Program-made: the position numbers and the translations under genes
Shown: positions 24,651-38,500 of the stretch, piece after piece
Position numbering within the stretch: position 1 is the stretch's first letter
How the letters are laid out: each line of letters starts with the position of its first letter
Notes under the pieces: generated by a model
What the model saw: only the letters and a program-made list of their open reading frames with translations
Databases searched by the model: none
Told to the model about the DNA's origin: nothing
Assembly (NCBI RefSeq): GCF_006345805.1
Contig: NC_043018.1
Span: forward strand, 28,644,001 to 28,708,000
Length of the DNA stretch: 64,000 nucleotides
From: Octopus sinensis
Lineage: Eukaryota
Direction: 5' to 3'

Positions 24651-27600
24651 GTTTTCTATATATATATATTTATGACAGGCTTGTTTCAGTTTCTGTATAT
24701 CAGATCCACTCACAAAGCTTTGCTCAGCCTGAGACTATAGTAGAAGGCACTTGCCTAGGGTGCTACACAGTGGGCCTGAACCCAGAACGATGTGGTTGTG
24801 AATCAAGCTTCTTATCACACAGCCATGCCTGCACCTATCATAAAATATTAGAATGAAATGACACTGCTTGTATGACAGTGACTTTCATTTACAGCTACCT
24901 TGCAACATCAAGACAAAATGTCACACAAACACCCATACAAATATAGGTGTGGATGTGTGGTAAGCAGCTCACTTTCCCAACAGCATGGTTGCAGGTTCAG
25001 TTTCATTGCATGGTGTTTTGGGTAATACTATAACAGTGGGCTGACCAAAACCTTATGAATGGATTTGGTAGATGGAAACTGAAAGAAGGCCATTGGAAAC
25101 CTATATTTGTGTGTGTGTGTGTCTTTGTGCCTGCATTTGTCCCCTACCACTGCTTTACAACTGATGGTGGTGTGTTTTTGTCCCCCTGACTTAAAAGTTT
25201 GACAAAGAGGATGTTTGATTTAGAAGTTTGACAAACATAATACACACGTATAAATATACGTGTGTATTATGTTAGAAAATATCTCTGTATATGTAGCTAT
25301 GTGTTTTCTTTGTATGTATAAAGTTAAAATTATCCAGCTAAGAATCTCTGTAATTCTGTTTGTCCTAACTTGAATTTCTAGTTTCTTACAATTTCTTACT
25401 TCCTTTATCAGACTAAACAATCGCAAAGTCTTCCAAACTATTTACTTTCATGGTTTCCTTTCCATTTTGTTTTTTATTTTATATTTTACAGTTTTTAAAA
25501 ATATATTTTTAATCATTTATTCATTTATTTGTTTTTGTTCTTTCCAGAAAACCGTTCTTCACAGTGCTTCAAACACCACAAAGCAAGGCGATGGTTACGT
25601 AAGGTAGACACATATTCCTTTGTTAATATCACTTGTAATCAATTTGGCCAATAAACAGAAAGAAATGTAGTACATTGGACTAAATGTCATGAAGTATAGG
25701 CGTAGGAGTGGCTGTGTGGGAAGTAGCTTGCTTACCAACCACATGGTTCTGGGTTCAGTCCCACTGCATGGCACCTTGGGCAAGTGTCTTCTGCTAGAGC
25801 TTCAGGCTGACCAAAGCCTTGTGAGTGGATTTGGTAGATGGAAACTGAAAGAAGCCTGTCATATATGTATATATATATATATGCGTGTGTGTGTGTTTGT
25901 GTTTGTCCCCCTAGCATTGCTTGACAACCGATGCTGGTGTGTTTATGTCCCCGTCACTTAGCAGTTCGGCAAAAGAGACCGATAGAATAAGTACTGGGCT
26001 TACAAAAGAATAAGTCCCGGGGTCAAGATGCTCGATTAAAGGCGGTGCTCCAGCATGGCCGCAGTAAAATGACTGAAACAAATAAAGAGTATATATAGGC
26101 GCAGGAGTAGCTGTGTGGGAAGTAGCTTGCTTACCAACCACATGGCTGGTAAAAATGAGTAATCCTGCGATGACAGACTGGCATCCTGTCCAGGGAGGAA
26201 TATACACGCCATAGAAAATGAGAAACTAGGATTCTGGCCCTATGCTCTTTACAGAGTTATATAAACTAACCAACCAGAGGGATATCGAAGAGAGCAGGGG
26301 AGGGCAGTTGGATAATAATTATCATAGTAACAGTGAAGCTCTTATTATTTCTGTTGTTGTTGAATGTTGTTGTGGCGGTTGTGATGTATAAATTTGTGTA
26401 ATGTTTTTCCTTTCCTTTCATCTAGTCTTGGTGTTATTTACACAACGTTCGCCCTCTGTAACTGGATCGCTCCTGTTATTATATTCTTGTGTGGCACCAA
26501 GATCTCAATGATAGTGGGTGGTGTCACATATCTGTGAGTATAACTATGTATTTATATTATCGTCATAATCATCCATCGTAATCATCATCATTGTAATCAC
26601 CACGACAACCATCATCATTTTGGTACCACCATCATCATCATTGTCATCATCATATCATCATTACTCATCATCATCACCATTATCAACACCATCATCATTA
26701 TCACATCACCACGATCATCATTGTCATCATCATATATCTCCTCTTTATTCTGTTATTCACAACTACACATCACCATATCTTCATATCCTTTCCTTCACGT
26801 CCTATATGTCGTACCTGTTTACGGCCAAGTAAACTGGAACTTCAGAGTGAAGTGTACCATTTTACAAACGTGGCATAACAGCTTTGCCAATATTTGAACC
26901 TCTGATGCTTTAGTTTGTGGATTGCAGCAATGTGATAAGCAGAGCCAACACAGACCAATGGGAGGCCCCTTACTTGGTCACTCAGCCTGTTGATAAAAGC
27001 ACCTAAAATTTCCCCTAATCACAGTTCAAAAAGGTCACCTTGTACTAGGTTGGAAAGTAAGTCTTCTCACATTTCAAGAGAGGGAATAAACAAATGTTTT
27101 ATTGGTATTAATTGATATATATTTCATTACTACCCACAAGGGGCTAAACACAGAGGGGACAAACAAAGACCTACAAAGGGATTGAGTCGATTACATCGAC
27201 CCCAGTGTGTAACTGGTAGTTAATTTATCGACCCCGAAAGTATGAAAGGCAAAGTCAACCTCAGCGGAATTTGAACTCAGAATGTAACGAGAGATGAAAT
27301 ACGGCTACGCACTTTGCCCGGCCTGCTAACGTTTCTGCCAGCTTGCTGCCTTTGTTGGTACTAATTGATATATTTAATTAAGATAATATTTCTCCTCGTT
27401 ATTCATAACATAATTGCATCTACAGTTCTATACGAGGAATTTTGTACATTATTTACATTGTTTACATTTGACGGATATTTGTCCTCATTTTGTTTGTTGT
27501 TAACACACCGTTTCGGCTGATATACTCTCCAGCCTTCTTCAGGTGTCTTGGGGAAATTTCGAACCTGGGTTCTGATTCCTAATGTATTTTTCACTGTTGC

Positions 27601-30600
27601 TGTTATTATTATTAAAATCTTCCCCCAAACCTTAGTCACAATTTATGTTCCTAACACCAGCTTACCCCTTTCATTACTGTATTTATTTTGAGATGCTCTG
27701 TGTTTCTTTCAATTATTTTAAATATAACAAAGAATTTAGTAAAATAACTTAGTTATCATTAAGCTAGTGTCAGGAAGATAAATTGTGACTAAGGTTTGGT
27801 GGAAGATTTTAATTCAAAATTTATGAAAACAAGATATTTATACTAAAGAGCCAGAGCCGGTTTTAGCCAGGTTGGTAATGAAAGGGTTAATGATAACAAA
27901 GTTATTTTACTAAATTCTTTTAATTCAAAACTTATGAAAACAAGACATTTGTACTACAGAGCCAGAGGCGGTTTCAGCCGGGTTGATACAGAAAGGGTTA
28001 AATAGCCAATAAATATAACGATGTAACATTATTGGATATATCAATTTTACATATTAAATGCCTCCCTGGAAGCTGGATGTGGTATTTTGTTATGCTGCCA
28101 TAATATACTATAACGTATATTAAACTGTTTTATAATTCAACACCATGTTCTACTGTGTTAGCAGTGCTATTTACATCACTTGTTAAGGTTTTCTCCACAG
28201 GTTTTTTTATAAAAATTATCGCTAGCACTAATTTTGTTATGTTTCATATCCAAGACGCCAGATGTTAACAACAAGGCTGAAGATGTGAAATGGGTGATGG
28301 GTGTATATGCGATATTTTGGTGGGGTTTTTGCCCCTTCATCAGCACCCATCCAACCTTTTAATCATCCCCAAACACTTTGCTTAACCTGTTCGTTGCCGT
28401 ATTTATTTTGAGATGCTCTGTGTTTCTTTCAATTACTTTAAATATAACAAAGAGTATAGTAAAATAACTTAGTTACCATTAAGCTAGTGTTAAGAACATA
28501 AATTGTGACTAAGGTTTGGTGGAAGATTTTAATTCAAAACTTATGTAAACAAGACATTTGTATTACGGAGCCAGAGGCGGTTTCAGCCGGGTTAATACAG
28601 AAAGGGTTAAATAGCCAATAAATATAGCAATGTAACAATATGCAATATGCAATATTTTGGTGGGGTTTTTGCCCCTTCATCAGCACCCATCTACCCCTTT
28701 AATCATCCCCAAACACTTTGCTTAAATAGCTACTATATACAGCAGTGTAACTTTATTGGGTATACCAATTTTACATATGAAACTCCATCCTGGAAGTTGC
28801 TACCTACAAGTCCTTAGTGGTACATTACAGTCCCCGACAGAATGGTCATAGTGCTGTACTACTAATGATAGAGTCTACTAAATCAGGGAAAACCTAGAGC
28901 TAAAAAACAATAGCTCACATGGTTCATTGTCTTTCAACATCAAAATTAGACAAATAATTCTCTTTTTATCTTAATGTTTAATCAAAAGGAAGTGTCAGTG
29001 ACCTCAAGAGCTAATTCCGTGTTTAAAGTTCAGTGGTGGTTCAAATACAAATTGTTGGAGATAATAAATATAATTTGAAAAATCCACTATACACAATCAA
29101 GTTAGTATTTAATTAAAATAGTCATCTGTGTATTATACTTAATGTATACACACCATTGATAGGCCATTGCCTGCAGTATTTGTCCTGTGATAGCATCTCT
29201 TATGGATGCGTTGTATTAAAACCACCATGAATATCCGAGAGATGCAAGAGTGGCTGTGTGGTGAGTGGCTTGCTTCCCAACCACATGGCTTCGAGTTCAG
29301 TCCCACTGTGTAGCACCTTGGGCAAGTGTCTTCTATTATAGCCTCGAGCCGTCCAGGGCCTTGTGAGTGGATTTGGTAGACGGAAACTGAAGAAAGCCCG
29401 TTGTATATATGTGTGTATATATATGTGTGTGTGTTTGTGTGTCTGTGTTTGTCAGCATCACTTGACAACCGATGCTGGTGTGTTTGCGTTCCCATAACTA
29501 AGCAGTTCGACAAAAGAGACCGATAGAGTAAGTACTAAGTTTACAAAGAATAAGTCCTGGGTCGATTTGTTTGACTAAAGGCGGTGCTCCAGTATGGCTG
29601 CAGTCACATGACTGAAACAAGTAAAAGAGAGGGAGAGAGATTGATTCATCCCAGCTGTAGGCTGAAAGAATGCTAGATGCATTGATTGGCTGAGCGTATG
29701 CACCAATGCAAAAGGACTGAAATGCACTGGAAGCTCTCATTGGTCACAGCTGGAATGACTTTTCATCTGTCTCTGATATTTATTGTATTTTTAGTCCATA
29801 AGCAAGTCCATAAGAAATGTTATTTCAGGCCAAAATAGTGCAACAACTGGCCTATCAACAATGTATATACATTATGTATGATATATAGATGGCTGCCATC
29901 ATCATCATCATCATCATCATCGTTTAATGTCCGTTTTCCATGCTAGCATGGGTTGGACGTTTCGACCGGGGTCTGGGAAGCCAGGAGGCTGCACCAGGCT
30001 CCAGTCTGATCTGGCAGTGTTTCTACAGCTAGATGCTCTTCCTAACGTGAGTGTAGTGGGTGCTTTGTACATGCCACCGGCACAGGTGCCAGGGGAGGCT
30101 GGCAACAGCCACGATTGTTTGGTGCCTTTTACATGCTACCGACACGGAAGCCAGTCAAGGCGGCGCTACCTTTCACTCTGTGAGTGTAGTGGGTGCTTTT
30201 AATGTGCCACCGACACAAGAGCCAGAGGAGGCTGGCAACGGCCATGATCGGTTGGTGCTTTTTACATGTCACCAGCACGGAAGCCAGCCAAGGTTGCGCT
30301 GGCATTGGCCACATTCGGATGGTGCTTTTTACGTGCCACCAGCACAGGTATTACAACTACAGTTTCCATTTGATTTTTATTTTGATGTTGAAGCACATAT
30401 ATATAGGCACAGGAGTGACTGTGTGGTAAGTAGCTTGTCTACCAACCACATGGTTCCGGGTTCAGTCTCACTGCGTGGCACCTTGGGCAAGTGTCTTCTA
30501 CTATAGCCTTGGGCCGACCAAAGCCTTGTGAGTGGATTTGGTAGCCGGAAACTGAAAGAAGCCCGTCGTATATATATGTATATATATATATGTGTGCGTG

Positions 30601-30892
30601 TGTGTGTGTTTATATGTCTGTGTTTGTCCCCTAGCATTGCTTGACAACCGATGCTGGTGTGTTTATGTCCTCGTTACTTGGCGGTTCGGCGAAGGAGACC
30701 GATAGAATAAGTACTGGGCTTACAAAAGAATAAGTCCCGGGGTCGAGTTGCTCGATTAAAGGCTGTGCTCCAGCATGGCCGCAGTCAAATGACTGAAACA
30801 AGTAACAGAGTATATATATATGTATATATTATATTAATTAGAGACAAATTTTTCCCTGTAAATTTGGATTTATTCCCTGATATTTATTATTA

Positions 30893-30941
<49 letters not shown>

Positions 30942-33900
30942 ATACAGATATTCTATAATTATAAACATAACTACGATTAGGGGCCAGCCAACTGCACCGC
31001 CACGCACCGAATCCAGAAGTAGGAGCCAAAATTCCTTTCTACTACCGTAAAGGAGTTTTCGGAAGAGTTGGTTGAAAATCAGTTATACAATGGCACTCGA
31101 TCGCATACATATTTAATCCTAACACTCTCAAATATATATTTTGAAATGCTACACTGAAGATAAGAAATAAGTAAATAAATATAACCTTACTTTAATCTCA
31201 AGTTGTGTGGATTCGTTATTTTTTTCTTTTTGCCTACGTAAAAAAGTGTTTTACTGTCTGGGAGATCTTTCACGGTAGTAGAAAAATACCATTCATCAAT
31301 TACATTTTTGTTAAATGTTTTATTTTCCAGACTGTTTATCTTGTCTTTCCTGAAACCAATATATTGGACTCTCTATTTTGGATCCGTCCTGATAGGATTT
31401 GGAGCAGCAGGTAATTGTTTAATCCTATATTAACCATTCAATGTTGATCTGGAACATTGGCAACCAAAAGTTTCTATGTTGTTACTTTTTTCTTCTTCAC
31501 TCTTTTGTTACCAAATGCCAGTTGAAATACATTGTCTTTGTTTTAATTACTCATTAAAGTAATAGGCGCAGGAGTGGCCGTGTGGTAAGTAGCTTGCTTA
31601 CCAACCACATGGTTCCGGGTTCAGTCCCACTGCGTGGCACCTTGGGCAAGTGTCTTCCACTATAGCCTCGGGCTGACCAAAGCCTTGTGAGTGGATTTTG
31701 TTGACGGAAACTGAAAGAAGCCCGTCATATATATATGTGTGTGGGTGTGTGTGTTTGTTCCCCCCAACATCGCTTGACAACCGATGGTGCTGTGTTTGCA
31801 TCCCCGTAACTTAGCGGTTCGGCAAGAGAGACCGATAGAATAAGTACTAGGCTTACAAAAATAAGTTCTGAGGTCGATTTGCTCGACTAAAGGCGGTGCT
31901 CCAGCATGGCCACTGTCAAATGACTGAAACAAAAAGAAGAATAGAAGAATAAAAGTAATGAAATAATGAAATAATTTTCTCCATGGGTGCAAGCATGGCA
32001 AACGGGTTAAGAACCTTGCTTTGCAACCATGTGGTTTCAGGTTCAATCCTCCTGCATAACACCTAGGGCCAGTGTCTTCTGTTTTAGCCACAGACTGACC
32101 AAAGCCTTGTGATCAAATTTGGTAGATAGATGCTGTGGCAGTCTGTTGTCATCATCATCATCATTTAACGTCTGCTTTCCATGCTAGCATGGGTTGGACA
32201 ATTTGACTGAGGGCTGGCGAACCAGATGGCTGCACAAGGCTCCAATCTGGATCTGGCAGAGTTTCTGCAGCTGGATGCCCTTCCTAACGCCAACCACTCC
32301 AAGAGTGTAGTGGGTGCTTTTATGTGCCACCGGCACGAGGGCCAGTCTGGCGGCCATGCTCAAATGGTGTTTTTTTTACGTGCCACCTGCACAGGAGTCA
32401 GTCCAGTGGCACTGACAACGACCTCACTCAAATGTTTTGTTCATGTGCCACCAGCACAAGTGCCAGTAAGGTGATGCTGGTAACGATCACGCTCAAACGG
32501 TGCTTTTTACGTGCCACTGGCACGGAAGCCAGACCGCTGCTGTGACTGTGATCCTGTTCAGATGGTGTAGGATCACTGCCAGAGCAGCTGTCTGTTGTAT
32601 ATATATATATGTATGTGATTCTGTGTACGAAATACACTCACAAAGGATTATTTGGCCCAGAGTTATAGTAGAAATTACTTGCTGAAGGGGCCACGCAGTG
32701 GAACTGAACATAAAACTACATGGCTGGGAAACAAGCTTCATAACCACCCAGCTACACCTGCACCTACATCATTTATTTATGTAATGTCTGTATGATTTAC
32801 CATTTTAAGCCTGACCTTCGAACATTGGTCTTCACCGAGGCAATGATTAGTGACCGGGACCTCTAGAACAATGCTGTGCTTGTGAAGACTTAGCAAGCGC
32901 AAGTGAGACCATAACCTTGTGGCTTATGCCAGGGGTGTAACCAGTCCACTTATGTATACCTTTCCTTCATTGGACACTAAACTCTGCTTGTGAAGACCTG
33001 TTGAGGCAAGTGAAATCGAAATCAATTTCGATGATAGGCATCCGTGCAAGTGGAGTGCTAAGAGTACCATGCAAGCGAGATCGTTGCCAGAGCAACAAGC
33101 TGGCGTCTGTACTGATGGCATGTTAAACACACCATTCGAGCATGATCATTACCTGCATCACCCTACTGGCACTTGTGCTGGTGGCACGTGAGAAAACATT
33201 CGAGTGAAGTTGTTGCCAGTGCCGCTGGACTGGCTTCTGTGCAGGTGGCACATAAAAAGCACCATTTGAGCGTGGCCATTGCCAGTACCACCTAACTGGC
33301 CCTCATGCTGGTGGCACGTAAAAGCACCCACTACACTCTCAGAGCAGTTGGCGTTAGGAAGGGCACCCAGCTGTTGAAACTCTGCCAGATCAGACTGGAG
33401 CCTGGTGCAGCCATCTTGTTAGCCAGACCTCAGTCAAATCGTCCAATCCAAGCTAACATGGAAAGCGGACGTTAAACGATGATGATGATGATGATCTGAA
33501 AATAATACAGAAACTAATAATAATTTCTTTTGAACTTCGTCATTTCAGTTATTTGGACAGCACAAGGGGCATTTCTCACCAACAACTCTAACTCAGAGAC
33601 AATGTCTAGGAACAGTGGAATATTTTGGGCTCTTTTACAGTGCAGGTAAGTTTGGCATGGATGGCTGCACAGAGACGTGTTTGTGTGAGTGTGTGTATAT
33701 ATATCCAGGTTTAGGTGTAATAAGATATGTATTGATGTGTGTACGTGTATGGATGTGAACATATTTCAGTATATGTGTGTTGTGTGTATACAGATATATG
33801 TATAATGAGGTGTATATAGGTGCAGATGTAAACATATAGATTTTAGATTTTCTACCATTGAACCAAAGTGACCCTCCAAATTTTTTCCATCCATTTTAGT

Positions 33901-34547
33901 AGTTGAGGGAACCTGTGGAAGAGGTAGACCTGGGATGAGGTGGTGAAGGATGAGTGAAAATACCTAAAGCTGCACGAGGCCCCAGCAGGGGTGGGTGGCA
34001 AACCCTGTTTTCACCACAACTTTCTTGCACTCTTTCTTCCTGTTTCTGTGGTACTTGTACTTCAAAGCACCAGCCTTGTCCCACTCTGTGTTACGCTGAA
34101 TATCTCTGGGAACTACGTTAAGGGTACATGTGTCTGTGGAGTGCTCAGCCACTTGCATGTTAATTTCACAAGCAGGTTCCGTTGACTGGATCAACTGGAA
34201 CCCTCATCTTTGTAACCGACAGAGTGCCACGATATATATATATGTGGAGGCGCAATGGTCCAGTGGTTAGGGCAGCGAACTCGCGGTCGTAGGATCTCGG
34301 TTTCGATTCCCAGGCTGGGCGTTGTGTGTGTTTATTGAGCGAAAACGCCTAAAAAGCTTCACGAGGCTCCAGCAGGGGGTGGTGATCCCTGCTGTACTCT
34401 TTCGCCACTCTTTCTCCCACTCTTCCTTCAGTTGGCCTGCTCGCTTAGCCAGCGGGGTGGCGTCATTCGAAGGCTGAAAACAATGCGAACGCATTGTGAC
34501 CAGCAATGTGTAACAACATCTGATGGTCTGGTCGGTCACGTGACATG

Positions 34548-34590
<43 letters not shown>

Positions 34591-35495
34591 TCTGTGTGTG
34601 TTCCTTAAGTCTTTTAAAGATGTTCACTAAAGGATTTGTTAATTGCTTGTGATTTAAATATAAATCTTCATTATAATTCAATTCTACTTCTTATCAAACG
34701 TTTTCTATTTCTATAACATATGTAAAATAGATTTATATATTTAATACGTTTGCATATTGTTGAATCAATATTTTCATATATATATATGTCGAGTGGTTGG
34801 CATAAGGAAGGGCATCCAACCATAGAAACCATGCCAAATCTGGCTGAAGTCTAGTGCAGCCCCTCAGCTTGCCAACCCTGATCAAACCGTCCAAGCCCTG
34901 CCAGCATGGATAATGAACATTAAGTGATGGTGTTGATATATATATATATATATATATAAAGTGGAGGTGCAATGGCCCTGTGGTTAGGGCAGTGGACTCA
35001 CGGTTGTAGGATCGCAGTTTTGATTCCCAGACCGGGTGTTGTGAGTGTTTATTGAGCGAAAATACCTAAAGCTCCACGAGGCTCTGGCAGTGGGTGGTGG
35101 CAATCCCTGCTGTACTCTTTCACCACAGCTTTCTCTCACTCTTTCTTCTGTTGGGGTAGCATCATTTGAAGGCTAAAAGAATGCGAAGCGCATTGTGACC
35201 AGCGATGTATAGCAACATCTGACAGCCTGGTCAGTCACGGTGATATATATATATATGAAGCTGGAAATGGATTTTATGTTTGGGTCAGTCACCCAAAATT
35301 ATGTAGCTTGCCCCCTTAGAAGAAATGCTTTTGTCCTATGCCTTATTTTTATTTGTTTTTCTTTTCTTTCATTCTGTTTCTTTTCTTTATTTGTTTGAAT
35401 TTTTGCTTTTAGCCATTAATGTATGATTAAGCAGGAATGGAACTTTGTCAAACTACGAGACTTAAGTAACACCACTTGTGTGCATGTGTATTTGT

Positions 35496-35535
<40 letters not shown>

Positions 35536-38500
35536 AGGGAAGAAATAAATATTTGATGGCAATGGAACACTGTGGCATATCATTCTGTGACATTTTCTCC
35601 GATTCCTTTGATTAATTTTGATCCCAATTTCCTTCTTTTCCCTGTTTTTATACAGTTTATTATGGGGTAACATCTACACTTATTTCACCTTCCAAGGAAA
35701 AGAAGTCATCAGTGACCAAATGCGATTACAGTTATTCGCTGGTCTCAGTGGCGCCTGTGGACTTGGTGTCCTTCTCTTATTTATTCTCAGATCAAAAGTT
35801 CCACCTCCACCATTATCCACTGATGAACCTTCCATGGATAAGCTTGACTGCAGGTAAGCATATCTGAATAAGATAAAACTGTTCAAAATTTAGTGTCGTT
35901 AAATAATCACAAATTACATTTGTCTTTTTAGATTTTTTTGTAAAACTTGTCCAAAAGGCAACAAGAATTTCCATGTAGCCCTTTTTAAACTAGGCATATC
36001 TGGCCCACATACCTGTTTTTATGTTCAAACTGACCAGGTCCTTCCTCCTTACAATGTATATTATAGTATTGACCAGACCAAAGGCAGCGAGCTGACAGAA
36101 TCGTTAGCAAGGTGGGCAAAGTGCTCAGCGGTATTTCGTCTGCCGCTACGTTCTGAGTTCAAATTCCGCCGAGGTCGACTTTGCCTTTCATCCTTTCGGG
36201 GTCGATTAAATAAGTACCAGTTACGCACTGGGGTCGATGTAATCGACTTAATCCGTTTGTCTGTCCTTGTTTGTCCCCTCTGTGTTTAGCCCCTTGTGGG
36301 TAATAAAGAAATAGGTATTTCGTCTGCCGCTACATTCTGAGTTCAAATTCCGCCGAGGTCGACTTGCCTTTCATCCTTTCGGGGTCGATTAAATAAGTAC
36401 AGTTACGCACTGGGGTCGATGTAATCAACTTAATCTGTTTGTCTGTCTGTGTTTAGCCCCTTGTGGGTAGTAAAGAAATAAGTATTGACCAGACCAGGGG
36501 CCACCAAACTTTTTTGACCATTGACCCCCTTTAGCCATTTCTCCTAACACCATAACCACCCTCCTCATTTAAAATATCTTAATTTCCTACCCCACCATAT
36601 GTGTATCAGGTACTGATGCTGGCAATTAAAATGTTAGCTAAAATATACATGTATTGCAAATTTAGAAATTTTATTAAAGACGACACACTATTTTACATTT
36701 AAAACTACGTGTACGGGTATACAAGCATTAAACTTTCAATTTTTATGGAATTGTTTTCACTGTTAGAAAATGTGAAAAACGCATCATATTGCTGGAATAA
36801 TTATTATTAAAACCGACAACCTAAATATGAGGTGGTATCACCATGGTGATCCTGATTTCAAGGCATTGATAACAGGCTGAATGTAGGTCAGTTTCAGTCT
36901 CATATCACCATGTTCATCCAAGTTCAGGCAATTTCTATAAGCAAACTCGTGACTGTCTGCATCCCCTCAATCACACCTCAATCTTCGATTACGATGCAGA
37001 TTATGACATCAGGCCTCAAATGTTATCAACAGCAGACGTCTCACTGCAGAGAAAATTTATCATGTTTTCACACGTTTTATGGCGCTGACTAAGTATTACA
37101 AACAGTTCATCTGAGTGAGCTGGTCTTTCGCACGCCGACCCCCATTCGACTCCTTGGCTATCATTGACCTCTTGTAATTCTTCACCAATCCCTACAGGGT
37201 CCCACGGACTCCCTCTGGCAACCCCTGGACCAGACTCTCAGATGTTGCTATGCACCACTGCTCAGAACATGCTGTACATCATTTTAGGTCTCAAATGGTT
37301 TACCACTCCACTGGTTAAGGGAGCTGGCCAACATTCTCCCTGACTGGAGCACCAGTCTGTCTTGGAGTTACTCATTTACAGCAGAGTGGACTGGAGCAAT
37401 GTGAAATGAAGTGTCTTGCTCAAGAACACAATGCACAGCCAATCTGAGAACCTGAAGCATAAGCTCATGATTGTAAATGCTACACTTGAACTGCGAGGCC
37501 AAACACCTTCACACACACACACATGCGCACGCACACACATACACACCTTCACACACACACACACACCTTCACACACACACAAACACACACACACACACAA
37601 ACACACACACTTATTCATGACTTCACAATTATATATTAAACATTGCTCTTGTTTAGCCCCAGGTCAGACATGTGACTAAATATGTTCTGCAACCAACATC
37701 CATTTATTATCGAGTCATTGAATATCTTGGAGTACATTATCCACTATGTTCTTTCCCTTTATCCAGATGGTAAGACGTGACATAAGGGAGATTCAGTTGC
37801 TATTTCTAGTAGGTTATTCAGCCACGAAAAATATTTCCGTCTTTGACTCTTTTAACCAAAGTCCAAAGTGATAGAGATTCTGATTCATTTGAATATTACG
37901 ATGTTTGTTCTAATTCTTTAAAATCTGAGTGCCTAGACCGTTGTTATGGACTTATTTCTTTACTGCCCACAGGGGGCTAAACATAGAGGGGACAAACAAG
38001 GACAGACAGATGGATTAAGTCGATTACATCGACCCCAGTGCATAACTAGTACTTAATTTATCAACCCCAAAAGGGCGAAAGGCAAAGTTGACAAAAGCGA
38101 AATTTGAATTTAGAATGTAAAGGCAGACAAGATACCTATTTCTTTACTACCCACAAGGGGCTAAACACAGGAGACAAACAAGGACAGACAGATTAAGTCG
38201 ATTATATCGACCCCAGTGCGTAACTTGTACTTATTTAATCAACCCCGAAAGGATGAAAGGCAAAGTCGACCTCAGCGGAATTTGAACTCAGAAATACTGC
38301 TAAGCATTTCGAGCGGTGTGCTAACGTTTCTGCCAGCTTAACTATGCTATGAACTTGTTTGTATCTTGTTTGTAAGAGACATCTGCACAAAGGCAATAGG
38401 AAACCACTTTTGAATTGTAAGGCCTCATAAATAATCCTATAACAGCAAACGATTTTTTTTTGGTTGTTAAGGAACTCACCAGGGTCATTTGTTGTTCTGA

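Noticed and set aside
28277-31166. CTGAAGA-NNN-GAAA strings at about 28277 and 31153
   Set aside because: No room for stem II and no flanking helices; expected by chance in AT-rich DNA
34246-34320. tRNA genes at the SINE heads
   Set aside because: A and B boxes are present, but there is no complete cloverleaf and each continues into a SINE body
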